Positions 47,752 to 59,222 are shown, numbered from the stretch's first letter. The stretch is DNA of 64,000 nucleotides from Candidatus Parabacteroides intestinigallinarum (GCA_019114945.1 DXEN01000007.1:1386-65385); one strand, 5' to 3'. The notes: generated by a model from the letters alone, not told the origin. Translations and numbers: made by a program.

Positions 47752-49692
47752 ATGAACTTCCGTTATAGTTACAACCGTTGGCTTTTGCTCTTAGGCCGTG
47801 TGGTAAATTTACGCTATATCAATCGGTGGATCATATTTTGCGCGGATTTGCTGGTGTCGTTAGGCGTATCGTTGATCGGGGTATTGGGATTATTGTCTAT
47901 ATTGAGAATCCATGTGGAAAGCGCGGATGTCTTGCGGCTGGGATTGGCCTCGCTGATTGGAAGCGTCTTCTCTTTCTGGGCGTTCAAGGTTTATCATGGC
48001 GTGATTCGTTATTCCACGTTGCGGGGAGTTTGGCGCATAGGGGCTGTGGCGGTCCTGAAAGTCTTGCTGATGTGCTTGGTCCTTTCTTGCTTGGGCGCCG
48101 GTTTCAGTCCGTCGGTTTATTGGGTGGGATGTATTTCGGACGCGGCGTTGACAATCGTGATGCTGATCGCCTTGCGGGTGTTCGTGATCAATGTGTACAA
48201 TAGCCTGCTGACGCAACTGGGTAAAAAACGTAAGCGGATACTTGTCTTTGGAACGGGCGAGGAGAGCGTGATGATCGCTACCTCCGCGAGCCAGCAAGTG
48301 TTTTTGAGCAATTATAGTATTATCGGTTTCATCCGTTTCGGCGCTTTGAAGAAAAGCATGCGTATCGCGGAATTGCCGGTTTATCAAATAGAGAACCTGG
48401 ATGATTTATATCGGTTGATTCCCCGCAACAATCTGGATGGAATCCTTTTCCCGAACATCAAGACCGCTCAGCAAGAGCGGGACCGTTTGGTGCGTTATTG
48501 CGAACAAGCGTTGCTGAAGACGTTGGTCGTTCCGGAGATGGAGGAGATCCGCGACGGGCAAATGAAACGTTCGATCCGGGAGGTGCGGATCGAGGATTTA
48601 TTAGGGCGTGAGGAGATTCGCATTAACCTGACCGAGATAGGGAATTTGTTGGAGGGTAAGACTATCCTGGTGACGGGAGCCGCCGGAAGCATCGGTAGCG
48701 AGATATGTCGGCAGTTGGCCCATTTCCCGATTAAGCGGTTGATTTGTTTCGACGCGGCGGAGACTCCGATGCATAATTTGCGCTTGGAGTTGGAGGAACG
48801 GTTCGAGCGTTTGGATTTCGTCCCTGTTATCGGGGATGTGCGCAGTCCGGAGCGGGTGGATTACGTGTTTCGGAACTGGCATCCGCAGGTCGTATTTCAT
48901 GCCGCGGCATATAAGCATGTGCCCTTGATGGAAGAGAATCCTTGCGAGGCGGTTCGCACGAACGTTTTTGGCACGCGTGTGATGGCGGATGCCTCGGTGG
49001 CTTACGGAGTCGAGAAATTCGTGATGATCAGCACCGATAAGGCGGTGAACCCCACGAACATCATGGGGTGCAGCAAGCGGCTCGCCGAGATTTACGTGCA
49101 GAGCCTGAGCATGGCGCTCCAGCGGGGCGAGAAGAGAGGGAACACCCGGTTTATCACGACCCGTTTCGGGAATGTGTTGGGAAGCAACGGCTCGGTCATC
49201 CCTCGTTTCCGGGAGCAAATCGCGAAGGGAGGCCCTGTTACGGTGACGCATCCCGACATCATCCGTTATTTTATGACGATCCCGGAAGCGTGCCGTTTGG
49301 TATTAGAGGCCGGCACGATGGGGAACGGAGGCGAGATCTTTATCTTCGACATGGGCGAGCCGGTGAAGATCGCCGATTTGGCGAAGCGGATGATCGAGCT
49401 ATCCGGCTTGCGGGTGGATAAGGATATCGAGATAAAATATACCGGTCTTCGTCCGGGCGAGAAACTTTACGAGGAGCTGTTGAGCAACAAGGAGAACACG
49501 AAGGAAACGCCGCACGAGAAGATCCGTGTGGCCCGGGTGCGGGAATACGCTTATCCGGAGGTGGTGGAGCATGTGGATAAGTTGGTGGAATTGTCCCTGC
49601 GCGTGGAGATCCTCCCGATGGTGCGCGAGATGAAAGCTTTCGTGCCGGAATTCAAGAGCAAGAATTCCCGCTTCGAGTCGTTGGATGCCTAA
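47752..49692 (+). CDS. Membrane-anchored nucleoside-diphosphate-sugar 4,6-dehydratase (CapD/WbpM/PglF family)
   Basis: N-terminal TMs, EDLLGR, GAAGSIGSE, HAAAYKHVP, STDKAVNP, RFGNVLGSNGS and GLRPGEKLYEEL. Confidence 0.93.
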   Translation: MNFRYSYNRWLLLLGRVVNLRYINRWIIFCADLLVSLGVSLIGVLGLLSILRIHVESADVLRLGLASLIGSVFSFWAFKVYHGVIRYSTLRGVWRIGAVAVLKVLLMCLVLSCLGAGFSPSVYWVGCISDAALTIVMLIALRVFVINVYNSLLTQLGKKRKRILVFGTGEESVMIATSASQQVFLSNYSIIGFIRFGALKKSMRIAELPVYQIENLDDLYRLIPRNNLDGILFPNIKTAQQERDRLVRYCEQALLKTLVVPEMEEIRDGQMKRSIREVRIEDLLGREEIRINLTEIGNLLEGKTILVTGAAGSIGSEICRQLAHFPIKRLICFDAAETPMHNLRLELEERFERLDFVPVIGDVRSPERVDYVFRNWHPQVVFHAAAYKHVPLMEENPCEAVRTNVFGTRVMADASVAYGVEKFVMISTDKAVNPTNIMGCSKRLAEIYVQSLSMALQRGEKRGNTRFITTRFGNVLGSNGSVIPRFREQIAKGGPVTVTHPDIIRYFMTIPEACRLVLEAGTMGNGGEIFIFDMGEPVKIADLAKRMIELSGLRVDKDIEIKYTGLRPGEKLYEELLSNKENTKETPHEKIRVARVREYAYPEVVEHVDKLVELSLRVEILPMVREMKAFVPEFKSKNSRFESLDA

Positions 49693-49794
49693 AGCCAGCG
49701 AATTCTTTTGGGGAGGAATTTCCGCTGCCTAATTTTCGGCGATTAGTGAATAATCCGTATCTTCGCCTTGTGTAACCATAAAAAGGTAGAGGTT

Positions 49795-50973
49795 ATGATA
49801 TATCCGATAGGCATACAGAATTTTGAGAGTCTTCGTAAAGATCGCTATTTCTATATAGATAAAACGGTGATGATCCATCGTTTGGTTCATACGGGGCGTT
49901 ATTATTTTTTGAGCCGTCCGCGTCGTTTTGGAAAGAGCTTGTTGCTCTCTACGTTGGAGGCTTATTTCGAGGGGAAGCGCGATTTGTTCAAGGGGCTGGC
50001 ATTGGAACGTTTGGAAACGGAGTGGACGTGCCGCCCGGTGCTGCATTTGGATTTGAACATCGAGCGTTATGATGCTTCGGACAGCTTACGGAATATCTTG
50101 AACCGAAATTTGGTGGCGTGGGAGGGGTTATATGGACGTGATTCGTCGGAGGTTTCCTTGTCGTTGCGTTTCGCTGGGGTTATCCGGCGGGCTTGCGAGC
50201 GCACGGGCCATCGTGTGGCGATTCTGGTGGACGAGTACGATAAGCCGATGTTGCAGTCTATCGGGAATAAGGCATTGCAGGAGGAGTTCAGGGCCATGTT
50301 GAAACCGTTCTACGGGGTGCTCAAAACGATGGATGGTTACATCAAGTTCGCTTTGCTGACGGGAGTGACGAAGTTCGGCAAGGTGAGTGTTTTCAGCGAC
50401 TTGAACAATCTGGAGGATATCTCGATGGATGAGTCGTACGTAAGCTTATGCGGGATTACGGAAGGCGAGATTCATGAGAATTTGGAGGAGGAATTGCGTG
50501 AGTTAGCCGCCGCCCAAAAGCTTTCTTACGAGGATACATGCGCTAGGTTACGGGCGCTCTATGATGGTTATCATTTCGTGGAGAATACGGAGGGGATTTA
50601 TAATCCGTTCAGCTTGTTGAACACGTTCAAGAGACGGAAGTTCGGAAGTTATTGGTTCGAGACGGGTACGCCGACTTATTTGGTGGAGTTGTTGCGGCGG
50701 AACCGGTATCGGTTGGAGGACATGGCGCGGGCGGTCACCAATGTAGATACGCTGAATAGCATTTATGGCGACGAGGATCCGTTGCCGGTGATTTATCAAA
50801 GTGGCTATCTGACGATAAAAGGATATAACCCCCGGTTCAAGACCTACCGTTTGGGCTTTCCGAACGAGGAGGTGGAGGAGGGATTCATGAAGTTTTTGGT
50901 TCCTTACTATACACCGCTGGGGAAAGACGAGACTCCGTTTGCGATCGAACTCGTAACATCGAGAAATGGTTAG
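49795..50973 (+). pseudogene. AAA-ATPase-like protein (Bacteroidales AAA + PD-(D/E)XK family), apparently 3'-truncated
   Basis: YPIGIQNFE.LR, RPRRFGKS, LVDEYDKP and YWFETGTPT. It stops just after L..PN.EV...F and lacks the usual C-terminal nuclease domain. Own TATCTTCG box at 49758-49765. Confidence 0.7.
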
Positions 50974-50999
50974 TGGAACAAGGATGAGTTCCGAATGTC

Positions 51000-51087
51000 A
51001 CATACGTGCGTTGGCAAAGTCACGTATGTGCGTTGGCATTTTAACATACGTGCATGGACAAAGGCACGTATGTGGGCGTTAGCTGTC
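51000..51087. repeat. Four 22-bp tandem units, same family as 691-822
   Basis: acatacgtgcgttggcaaagtc / acgtatgtgcgttggcatttta / acatacgtgcatggacaaaggc / acgtatgtgggcgttagctgtc. Confidence 0.85.
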
Positions 51088-51230
51088 ACATCACCCTGTG
51101 TGAATGTTTGTATCACTTTATGTGAACGTCCGCAAAGGGTGGCGTGAGGGTGCGTGTGTGGAAAAAAGGAAGCTGCCCCTATTGCCACCATTGCCCCTAT
51201 CGTTCCGTAATAAATATAAGCATTAATCAT

Positions 51231-52478
51231 ATGAATGACATTAAAATCGCCGTGGCCGGTACCGGTTACGTCGGACTGAGCATTGCCACGTTGCTGAGCC
51301 AGCGCCATCGGGTGACGGCGGTGGACGTGCTCCCGGAGAAGGTGGATAAGATCAACCATCGGATCAGCCCGATACAGGATGATTATATCGAGAGGTATCT
51401 AAGGGAAAAGGATTTGAATCTTACGGCGACATTGGATGGTCGCTCCGCCTATAAGGAAGCGGATTTCGTGGTGATCGCCGCGCCGACCAATTACGATCCG
51501 GTACGGAACTATTTCGACACGAGCCACGTGGAGGAGGTGATCGAGTTGGTGAGAGGTGTCAACCCGGACGCTATCATGGTGATCAAGAGCACCGTCCCCG
51601 TGGGCTACACCGAGAGTGTCCGGAAACGGTTTAATTGCGATAACATCCTTTTCTCCCCGGAGTTCCTGCGGGAGAGCAAGGCTTTGTACGATAATCTCTA
51701 TCCCAGCCGTATCATCGTGGGACGACCGGAAGGGGACGCCCGTTTGGACGAGGCGGCACGCACGTTCGCCTCCTTGCTGCGAGAAGGGGCTATCAAGCAG
51801 GATATCGAGACCTTGTATATGGGCCTGACCGAGGCGGAGGCGGTGAAGCTGTTCGCCAACACCTACCTGGCGTTGCGGGTCTCTTATTTCAACGAGCTGG
51901 ACACCTACGCCGAGATGAAAGGCTTGGACACGAGGGCGATTATCGAGGGGGTCTGCCTGGATCCCCGTATCGGTACGCATTACAATAACCCCAGTTTCGG
52001 TTACGGGGGCTATTGCCTGCCGAAAGACACGAAACAGCTATTGGCGAACTACGCCGACGTTCCGGAGAACCTGATCGAGGCGATCGTGGAGAGCAACCGG
52101 ACGCGGAAGGATTTCATCGCGGACCGGGTATTGCGAAAGGCGGGCTACTACGATTATTACAATCGGGGCGATTATAATCCGGCGGAGGAGCGTCGTTGCG
52201 TGATCGGGGTGTACCGTCTGACGATGAAGTCGAACAGCGACAATTTCCGTCAGAGCAGCATCCAGGGCGTGATGAAGCGCGTTAAGGCGAAAGGAGCCGA
52301 GGTGATCATCTACGAGCCGACCTTGGAGGATGGGACTACCTTCTTCGGGAGTCGTGTGGTGAACGACCTTCAGCGATTTAAGGAGGTATCTCAAGCGATT
52401 ATCGCCAACCGCTATGATACGTGTCTGGATGACGTGAAAGGGAAGGTTTATACGAGAGATATTTTCAGGAGGGATTGA
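51231..52478 (+). CDS. ugd: UDP-glucose 6-dehydrogenase
   Basis: [24 protein letters not shown] and [10 protein letters not shown]. Start set at MNDIKIAV. Confidence 0.95.
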   Translation: MNDIKIAVAGTGYVGLSIATLLSQRHRVTAVDVLPEKVDKINHRISPIQDDYIERYLREKDLNLTATLDGRSAYKEADFVVIAAPTNYDPVRNYFDTSHVEEVIELVRGVNPDAIMVIKSTVPVGYTESVRKRFNCDNILFSPEFLRESKALYDNLYPSRIIVGRPEGDARLDEAARTFASLLREGAIKQDIETLYMGLTEAEAVKLFANTYLALRVSYFNELDTYAEMKGLDTRAIIEGVCLDPRIGTHYNNPSFGYGGYCLPKDTKQLLANYADVPENLIEAIVESNRTRKDFIADRVLRKAGYYDYYNRGDYNPAEERRCVIGVYRLTMKSNSDNFRQSSIQGVMKRVKAKGAEVIIYEPTLEDGTTFFGSRVVNDLQRFKEVSQAIIANRYDTCLDDVKGKVYTRDIFRRD

Positions 52479-52488
52479 GAAGCTACGA

Positions 52489-53528
52489 AATTACGAGTTA
52501 CGAATGACAAATAACGAATGATAAATTCTAAATTTATTGGATTTATGTGGATGTTTTCCTAATTTTGCCATTGAAATACAAATATGCGACCAACTATGCG
52601 TGAATTGAAAGACCGATATATCCGTTTCGATTGGGCGATCAAGCGGCTGTTGCGCCAGAAAGCCAACTTTGGCGTGTTGGAAGGGTTTCTCACCGTGTTC
52701 TTGGGCGAGCCCATCACCATCGTGGAGCTCTTGGAGAGCGAGGGCAACCAACTCTCGGAGGACGACAAGTTCAACCGGGTGGATATCAAGGCTCGCAACA
52801 GCAAGGGAGAGATCATCATCATCGAGGTGCAGAACACGCGCGAGCTGTATTATCTGGAGCGTGTCCTCTACGGCGTGGCCAAGGCCATCACGGAGCACAT
52901 CCAGCTTGGGAACTCCTATAGCGAGGTCAAGAAGGTCTATTCCATCAGTATCCTGTATTTTGATTTGGGCGTTGGAAGCGACTATCTGTATCATGGCCAG
53001 AACCAATTTATAGGCGTGCATACGGGCGATCATTTGCAAATCCGGGCAAAGGAGCAGAACGCTATTGTTACCCGTCTTCCCGCCGAGATCTTCCCAGAGT
53101 ATATCCTGGTCCGTGTCAACGAGTTCGACAAGGTGGCGGTCACTCCGCTGGACGAGTGGATGCGCTATCTGAAGGACGGTGTCATCGCCGCGGACACGAC
53201 CGCCCCCGGCTTGGGTGAGGCGCGCGAGAAACTGAGATACTATTCCATGACGGACAAGGAACGCCACGCTTACGACGAGCACTTGAACGCTGTTATGATC
53301 CAGAACGACGTGTTGAACACGGCGAAGATGGAGGGTCGCATGGAGGGTCGCATGGAGGGCCGTATGGAGGGCCGAGCGGAAGGCCTGGAGGAGGGTGAAA
53401 GAAAAGAACGTCTTAAAAATGCCCGGAGCATGAAGGAATTGGGTGTTTCCAGCGATATCATCAAACAAGTGACTGGCCTATCGGAGGAAGAGATTGCCGG
53501 GCTTTAGCCTTTTGAATTACGAGTTACG
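52489..53528. mobile_element. Single-gene rpn cassette bracketed by the 14-bp direct repeat AATTACGAGTTACG
   Basis: Identical 14-mers at 52489-52502 and 53515-53528. The left copy lies in a heptamer tract. Confidence 0.55.
52596..53507 (+). CDS. Rpn-family (PD-(D/E)XK, YhgA/transposase_31-like) protein with C-terminal (MEGR)n repeats
   Basis: YIRFDWA.KRLLR.K, NRVDIKA...IIIEVQ, and the tail MEGRMEGRMEGRAEG...I.QVTGLS.EEI..L. Own TAATTTTG box at 52560-52567. The start may be 52584. Confidence 0.85.
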   Translation: MRELKDRYIRFDWAIKRLLRQKANFGVLEGFLTVFLGEPITIVELLESEGNQLSEDDKFNRVDIKARNSKGEIIIIEVQNTRELYYLERVLYGVAKAITEHIQLGNSYSEVKKVYSISILYFDLGVGSDYLYHGQNQFIGVHTGDHLQIRAKEQNAIVTRLPAEIFPEYILVRVNEFDKVAVTPLDEWMRYLKDGVIAADTTAPGLGEAREKLRYYSMTDKERHAYDEHLNAVMIQNDVLNTAKMEGRMEGRMEGRMEGRAEGLEEGERKERLKNARSMKELGVSSDIIKQVTGLSEEEIAGL

Positions 53529-53628
53529 TTTTTCTTATATCATCTAAGACATTTCTTGTTCTTATACAAGTTTTTCTTGTATTGGAGGATTTTCCAATAC
53601 ATGGCGGTGAGATCAAAATTGCGTTATC

Positions 53629-55167
53629 GTGACTTCTGAGAATAATAAGCGGATAGCGAAGAATACGATTCTTCTTTATATCCGGATGTTCTTCTCCATA
53701 ATCGTGGGGCTTTATACAAGCCGTGTTCTCCTGAGCACATTAGGGGTCGATGATTATGGCATCTACAACGTCGTAGGAGGAGTCGTGGCCATGTTGGGCT
53801 TCTTGAACTCCGCTATGACCGCGGCTTCCCAGCGTTTCATCTCGTTCGAGTTGGGAGCGGGTAATAAAGAGAGGCTCAAGGAGGTTTTCTCGACCTCTGT
53901 CTTGATTCATGTCATTATCGCCTTGATTATTGTGGTATTGGCGGAAACGGTAGGTTTGTGGTTCCTGAATCATAAGATTAATATATCGGCGGATCGAATG
54001 GTGGCCGCCAATTGGGTTTACCAATGCGCCCTTTTATCTTTTGCTCTTACGGTGGTAAGTGTTCCATATAACGCCTCGATCGTGGCTCATGAGCATATGA
54101 AGGCATTCGCATATATAAGCATTTTGGATGTATTCTCGAGGTTGTTAATTGTCTATGTGTTGATTGTGACACCGTTTGATAAGTTGATTTCTTATGCGAT
54201 CTTGGTATTATTTATCGCTTTGGTGATCCGGTTGATCTATGGAAGATATTGTGCGCTTCATTTTAGGGAGTGTCGTTTTCACCTGGGTTGGAATAAGAAA
54301 CTTTTCAAGGAGATGTTCGCCTTTGCCGGCTGGAGTATAATCGGGAATTTGGGCTTCGCCATAAAGGACCAAGGCTCTAACATCGTCTTGAATCTCTTTT
54401 ATGGGGTGAGCCTCAATGCGGCGAGAGGCATTGCGCTTCAGGTGAACGGGGTCGTGAGCAATTTTTACCAGAGCTTTATCATGGCCATCAATCCGCAAAT
54501 CACGAAACAATATGCGGCGGGGAATATCAAGGCGTCCGTCAACCTGGTCTATGCGGGTTGCCGGTTCTCGTTTTTTTTGATTAGTATTATTTCCATTCCG
54601 GTTATGATTAATATGGATTATCTGTTGAGCCTTTGGTTGGGGAATGTGCCGGATTATACTTCGCAATTTTTGTTTTATGCGCTTTGGGCAGCGATGATAA
54701 ACTCAATATCTAGACCTTTGGTCACCGCCATGCAGGCTACCGGGAAAATCATGCTGTTTCAGATTGTGATCTGCTTGGTCATGATGTGTGAGATGCCATT
54801 GTCCTATCTCGTGCTGCGTCTGGGCTATGAACCCTATTATATCATGTTCGCCGCGATTCTGGTGGTGTTTGTTGGTCTGTTTGCGCGGATCCTATTACTG
54901 AAGCGGTTGGTCCCGGATTACAGTTTGGGTTATTTCATCTTGAATATTGTTGCTAAGAACCTGCTGGTCATTCTGGCCTGTTACGCCTTATCGGCCTTTG
55001 TGAAAGGTTATTTTGACGACAATTTCATGAATTTAGTTCTGACCTCTTTTGTCTCATTTGTGATGACGCTGCTGATAATTTATGGTTTGGGTATAGGAAA
55101 GCAGGAGAGAACCTTTATTAACGCTAAGATTTTGTCGCTTTATCATCGATTTTTTATTCGTCAATGA
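53629..55167 (+). CDS. wzx: Wzx-type polysaccharide flippase
   Basis: [14 protein letters not shown]-terminus, many TM helices and FAGW...G. Confidence 0.88.
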   Translation: MTSENNKRIAKNTILLYIRMFFSIIVGLYTSRVLLSTLGVDDYGIYNVVGGVVAMLGFLNSAMTAASQRFISFELGAGNKERLKEVFSTSVLIHVIIALIIVVLAETVGLWFLNHKINISADRMVAANWVYQCALLSFALTVVSVPYNASIVAHEHMKAFAYISILDVFSRLLIVYVLIVTPFDKLISYAILVLFIALVIRLIYGRYCALHFRECRFHLGWNKKLFKEMFAFAGWSIIGNLGFAIKDQGSNIVLNLFYGVSLNAARGIALQVNGVVSNFYQSFIMAINPQITKQYAAGNIKASVNLVYAGCRFSFFLISIISIPVMINMDYLLSLWLGNVPDYTSQFLFYALWAAMINSISRPLVTAMQATGKIMLFQIVICLVMMCEMPLSYLVLRLGYEPYYIMFAAILVVFVGLFARILLLKRLVPDYSLGYFILNIVAKNLLVILACYALSAFVKGYFDDNFMNLVLTSFVSFVMTLLIIYGLGIGKQERTFINAKILSLYHRFFIRQ

Positions 55168-56204
55168 AGATACAAACAATGAGGAATTATACGATTGCGG
55201 TTGCTGGTACGGGCTATGTCGGCCTGTCGATCGCGACTTTGCTTGCTCAGCGTCATAAGGTGATCGCTGTTGATGTGATTCCTGAGAAAGTGGATAAGAT
55301 CAATCGTCGGGTCAGTCCGATACAGGACGATTATATCGAGAAGTATCCGGAAACGTTTTAATTGCGACAACATTCTTTTCTCCCTGGAGTTTCTGCGGGC
55401 GAGCAAGGCGCTTTACGACAACCTTTACCCGAGCTGCGCCATCGTGGCCGGTCGGAAGGGGACGCCCGTTTGAGCGAGGCGGCAAGGACGTTCGCCTCCT
55501 TACTGCGGGAAGGGGCTATCAAGGAGAATATCGAGACGTTGTATATGGGCCTGGCCGAGGCGGAGGCGGTGAAGCTGTTCGCCAACACCTGCCTGGCGTT
55601 GCTGGTCTCTTATTTCAACGAGTTGGATACCTACGCGGAGGTAAAGGGCTTGGATACGCGAGCCATTATCCAGGGAATCTGTCTGGATCGTCGGATCGGT
55701 ACCTATTATAATAACCCCTCCTTCGGATATGGCGGTTACTGCTTGCCCAAAGACACGAAACAGCTTTTGGTGAACTACAAGAATGTCCCGGAGAATCTGA
55801 TCCATGCGATCGTGGAGTCGAACCGTACCCGAAAGGATTTTATCGCTGATCAGTTTTTGAAGAAAGCGGGTTATTATGATTACTATAACCGGGGTGATTT
55901 TAACCCGGCACAAGAGAAGAAATGCGTGATCGGCGTTTATCGTTTAACCATGAAATCCAACTCGGACAATTTCCGGCAATCGTCCATCCAAGGCGTGATG
56001 AAACGCGTTAAGGCGAAAGGGGCGGAGGTGATTATTTATGAGCCGACCTTGGAGGATGGCTCGACCTTCTTTGGCAGTAAGGTGGTAAACGATATTCAGC
56101 AATTTAAGACTCTTTCTCAGGCGATTATCGCGAATCGTTATGACAATTGCTTGGATGAAGTGAAAGAGAAAGTTTATACAAGAGATATTTTTGGAAGGGA
56201 TTGA
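55164..56204 (+). pseudogene. ugd: Second UDP-glucose dehydrogenase, decayed
   Basis: Relative to 51231-52478: an out-of-frame deletion of ~220 bp at ~55347, a further 1-nt frameshift at ~55447, and altered motifs (SPEFLRE to SLEFLRA). Confidence 0.9.
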
Positions 56205-56208
56205 TTAT

Positions 56209-57096
56209 ATGAAAGATATTAATTATACGATTATTATACCGCATAAAAATATACCGGATTTATTGCGTCGTTGTCTAGCCTCTATCCCAAGGCGGGAAGA
56301 TATTCAAATTATTGTGGTAGATGATAACAGTGATCCTGAGAAAGTTGATTTCAATCATTTTCCAGGAGTTGGAGAACCTTGTGTTGAGATTTATTTTACT
56401 AAAGAGGGGAAGGGTGCTGGATATGCGAGGAATGTAGGATTAGATCATGCGCAAGGGAAATGGCTATTATTTGCGGATGCTGATGATTTCTTTGATGATG
56501 ATTTTGTCTCTGCTTTGGATAAATATTTTTATGAGGATGTAGATATTGTATACTTCAATACTCGAAGTGTTGATAGTAAAACATTAAATATAGTTAAACC
56601 AAGATCTGATAGAAGTGAAACTATACGAAAGGGTAAAATCGACAGTTTGCGTTTTACTCATGTCCCATGGGGAAAAATGATAAGGAATGAGTTCGTAATA
56701 AGGAACAATTTGTATTTTGAAGAATTGATAGCTTCTAATGATTCATATTTTTCTGTAATATCAGGTATTTTAGCAACTAAAATATCAGCTTATGATGTGT
56801 GTATTTATGTCTCTACTATTAGACCAGATTCTCTTTTTTTTCATGATACAATAGAAAGATTGGATGCTCGGATGCTAGCGAACGAACACATAAATTGTAA
56901 GCTTAAGGAGCTTGGAATTTCTCATAGATGCAGTCCGTATCCTATTCTTCTTAAATATAAAAATATTTCTATGGAAATATATCGATGTAAGCGTAATACA
57001 TATTTTAAGGAAACGCCTATTTTATATATAATAATTGATATGTTAAGATATTCGAAATTCAAGAACTACATTTTTAATAGATTTCGTTTTAGATGA
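56209..57096 (+). CDS. GT2 glycosyltransferase
   Basis: IIIPHKN, VVDDNS, GAGYARN.GL and F.DADD. Confidence 0.9.
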   Translation: MKDINYTIIIPHKNIPDLLRRCLASIPRREDIQIIVVDDNSDPEKVDFNHFPGVGEPCVEIYFTKEGKGAGYARNVGLDHAQGKWLLFADADDFFDDDFVSALDKYFYEDVDIVYFNTRSVDSKTLNIVKPRSDRSETIRKGKIDSLRFTHVPWGKMIRNEFVIRNNLYFEELIASNDSYFSVISGILATKISAYDVCIYVSTIRPDSLFFHDTIERLDARMLANEHINCKLKELGISHRCSPYPILLKYKNISMEIYRCKRNTYFKETPILYIIIDMLRYSKFKNYIFNRFRFR

Positions 57097-57160
57097 TTTT
57101 ATAAATGACGATTGGCTGTGATAACTTTTGTAAAAAAACTTGGACTATTAAGTAGATTTA

Positions 57161-58351
57161 ATGAAATGCAATAAATACGATATACTAGCCACATTACTCT
57201 TATTCTCCTTAGGATTTGGAGGAATAGGTGGAGCCTTACAGGTTACACGAATATTAGCGATAATATTACTTCCTGTTTTATTCTCTAAGTTCTCTTCAGG
57301 ATGCTATATGCGCAATTATTTCAATTTCTTTTTGTTCTTTATAGGCTATTGCTCGTTTTCGCTATTATGGACACCGAACAAGGCGGAAGGAATTGTTGAG
57401 ATTATTTATTTTGTTGTTCATTTCATTTTATTTTTTGAGATTATCGTATTCTCTTATCGGGCGAGCAACCCTTTAGATAGTATATCGAAAGGTTGGTTGA
57501 TAGCGGTGTGTATGACACTGGTGGTCGCTTTGTGGGAAATTACTACTGACAATCATTTGCCTATATCTATCCAGGAATCAGGCGATACGATGAATGCGGG
57601 AGGAGTGATTATCTATCGGAAATTCGCCTCCGTCTCTTTTGGCAATTATAATGGATATGTTACTTTCTTATGTTTCTCACTTCCATTTTTATTTTATAGG
57701 GTTATGAAAAATAAATGCTTATTCTCTATCGTCGCTATAATTCTTTCGTGTGTGTGCATATTGTTCAACGCCTCTCGTGGGGGATTATTAAGCGTTAGCC
57801 TCATGTTTTTGATCTACATTTTCTTCTTAAGAAAGCAAGGTAGCAAAGTTTATATGTATTCATTACTTTTATTACTCCTGGTAGGATCTTTTGTCTTTAT
57901 TCAATTTGGGGCGGGATTGTTTGAGGCGATCATTTATCGCGCTGAAAATGCTACATTATATTCGGATGCTTCTCGATTTGAGATCTGGGGTAGAGTATGG
58001 CAGGTTTTTTTATCGACTTGTGGATTAGGATCCGGGGTTGGGGGCTTGCAAGATATGATGAGGCAATTAAGTCCTTCAGGAATAAGCATTCCTCATAATT
58101 TATTTTTGGAGATTGTAGGAGAGTTTGGTATTGTTATATTCTTGGTTTTTATATTGTTCCTTATTAGAATATTCAAGCAAGCTTATCGTGTAAAGAATGA
58201 AGCGATAAGGACATTACTTTTTCTGTCATTGGTACCGTTGCCGATTTATAGCATCATAAATAGTGGCTATATATTTAATACTTATGTTTTCTCGGCTTTC
58301 GCCTCACTTGTGGTTTTCTCAAATTATGAACATCTTAAATCTCTTCGCTAA
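57161..58351 (+). CDS. wzy: Wzy polymerase / O-antigen-ligase-like membrane protein
   Basis: Many TMs, ASRGG, R..IW and PHNLFLEI.GE.G motifs. AT-rich. Confidence 0.75.
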   Translation: MKCNKYDILATLLLFSLGFGGIGGALQVTRILAIILLPVLFSKFSSGCYMRNYFNFFLFFIGYCSFSLLWTPNKAEGIVEIIYFVVHFILFFEIIVFSYRASNPLDSISKGWLIAVCMTLVVALWEITTDNHLPISIQESGDTMNAGGVIIYRKFASVSFGNYNGYVTFLCFSLPFLFYRVMKNKCLFSIVAIILSCVCILFNASRGGLLSVSLMFLIYIFFLRKQGSKVYMYSLLLLLLVGSFVFIQFGAGLFEAIIYRAENATLYSDASRFEIWGRVWQVFLSTCGLGSGVGGLQDMMRQLSPSGISIPHNLFLEIVGEFGIVIFLVFILFLIRIFKQAYRVKNEAIRTLLFLSLVPLPIYSIINSGYIFNTYVFSAFASLVVFSNYEHLKSLR

Positions 58352-59222
58352 GTCTTACGGGCTTTTGCGTAATTACAAGGGGATTCCTTTGTGGGTATTC
58401 ACGCCATTAAGACGTTTTATCCGCTATTGGGCGAATAAATTATTACCTCTTTACTTACGGCGGACCGCCGTTCGGGAGGGTGCCCCGAAGGAGGGGGTTA
58501 TCATCTCGCTGACCTCTTTCCCCGCTCGGATACAAAATGTTTGGCAGGTGGTGGAATGTATGTTCCGGCAAACCTGCCGGCCTTATAAGATTATCCTATG
58601 GCTTTCCCGGGATCAATTCCCGACCCGAGAGAGCGTTCCGGAGTCCTTGCGTATCCGGGAGAACGGTGTATTCGAGATCCGTTTGGTGGATGGGGATATC
58701 CGTTCGCACAAGAAATATCACTATGCCGCCAAGGAATACCCGGATTCCTGGATTTTCCTGATCGATGACGATATCTATTATCCGACGGATATCATCGAGC
58801 GGTCGTGGCGGGCGCATATAGAGAATCCCCGGGCGGTGATCGCCAATTATGGTTATTCCATCGCTTACGATGAGGATGGATCGTGCCTGTCCTATTCCCG
58901 ATGGAAGCCGTGCCACATTGGCGCCAAGGGCAAGGGATTATTCTTTGGGTCCGGCGGGGGAACGCTGCTGAAGCCTTCCCTACTTTATAAGGATTTAACG
59001 GATATTGAGTTGGCGCTTAAATTAACACCCTTGGCGGATGATATTTGGTTGAACGCCATGTGTCAACTCGCTCATTTGGACATCGTAATTTTACCTTATG
59101 GCTTGCCTTTGCCCGTAGAAAACCGCGGGAATATCACGTTAAGCTCCGTGAATAACGGGGAATCGAAAAATGACGAGCAGTTGGATCGCGTAAGGAGGTA
59201 TTATTCGCACAAAATACCCTAA
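58326..59222 (+). CDS. Putative glycosyltransferase (GT-A fold)
   Basis: IISLTSFPARI, SHKKY, IDDDIYY and ADDIW. Confidence 0.7.
   Translation: MNILNLFAKSYGLLRNYKGIPLWVFTPLRRFIRYWANKLLPLYLRRTAVREGAPKEGVIISLTSFPARIQNVWQVVECMFRQTCRPYKIILWLSRDQFPTRESVPESLRIRENGVFEIRLVDGDIRSHKKYHYAAKEYPDSWIFLIDDDIYYPTDIIERSWRAHIENPRAVIANYGYSIAYDEDGSCLSYSRWKPCHIGAKGKGLFFGSGGGTLLKPSLLYKDLTDIELALKLTPLADDIWLNAMCQLAHLDIVILPYGLPLPVENRGNITLSSVNNGESKNDEQLDRVRRYYSHKIP

Noticed and set aside
55362-56204. Functional short ugd made by programmed frameshifting
   Set aside because: Much of the NAD-binding domain is deleted, there are two independent frame breaks without a slippery site, and conserved motifs are mutated.
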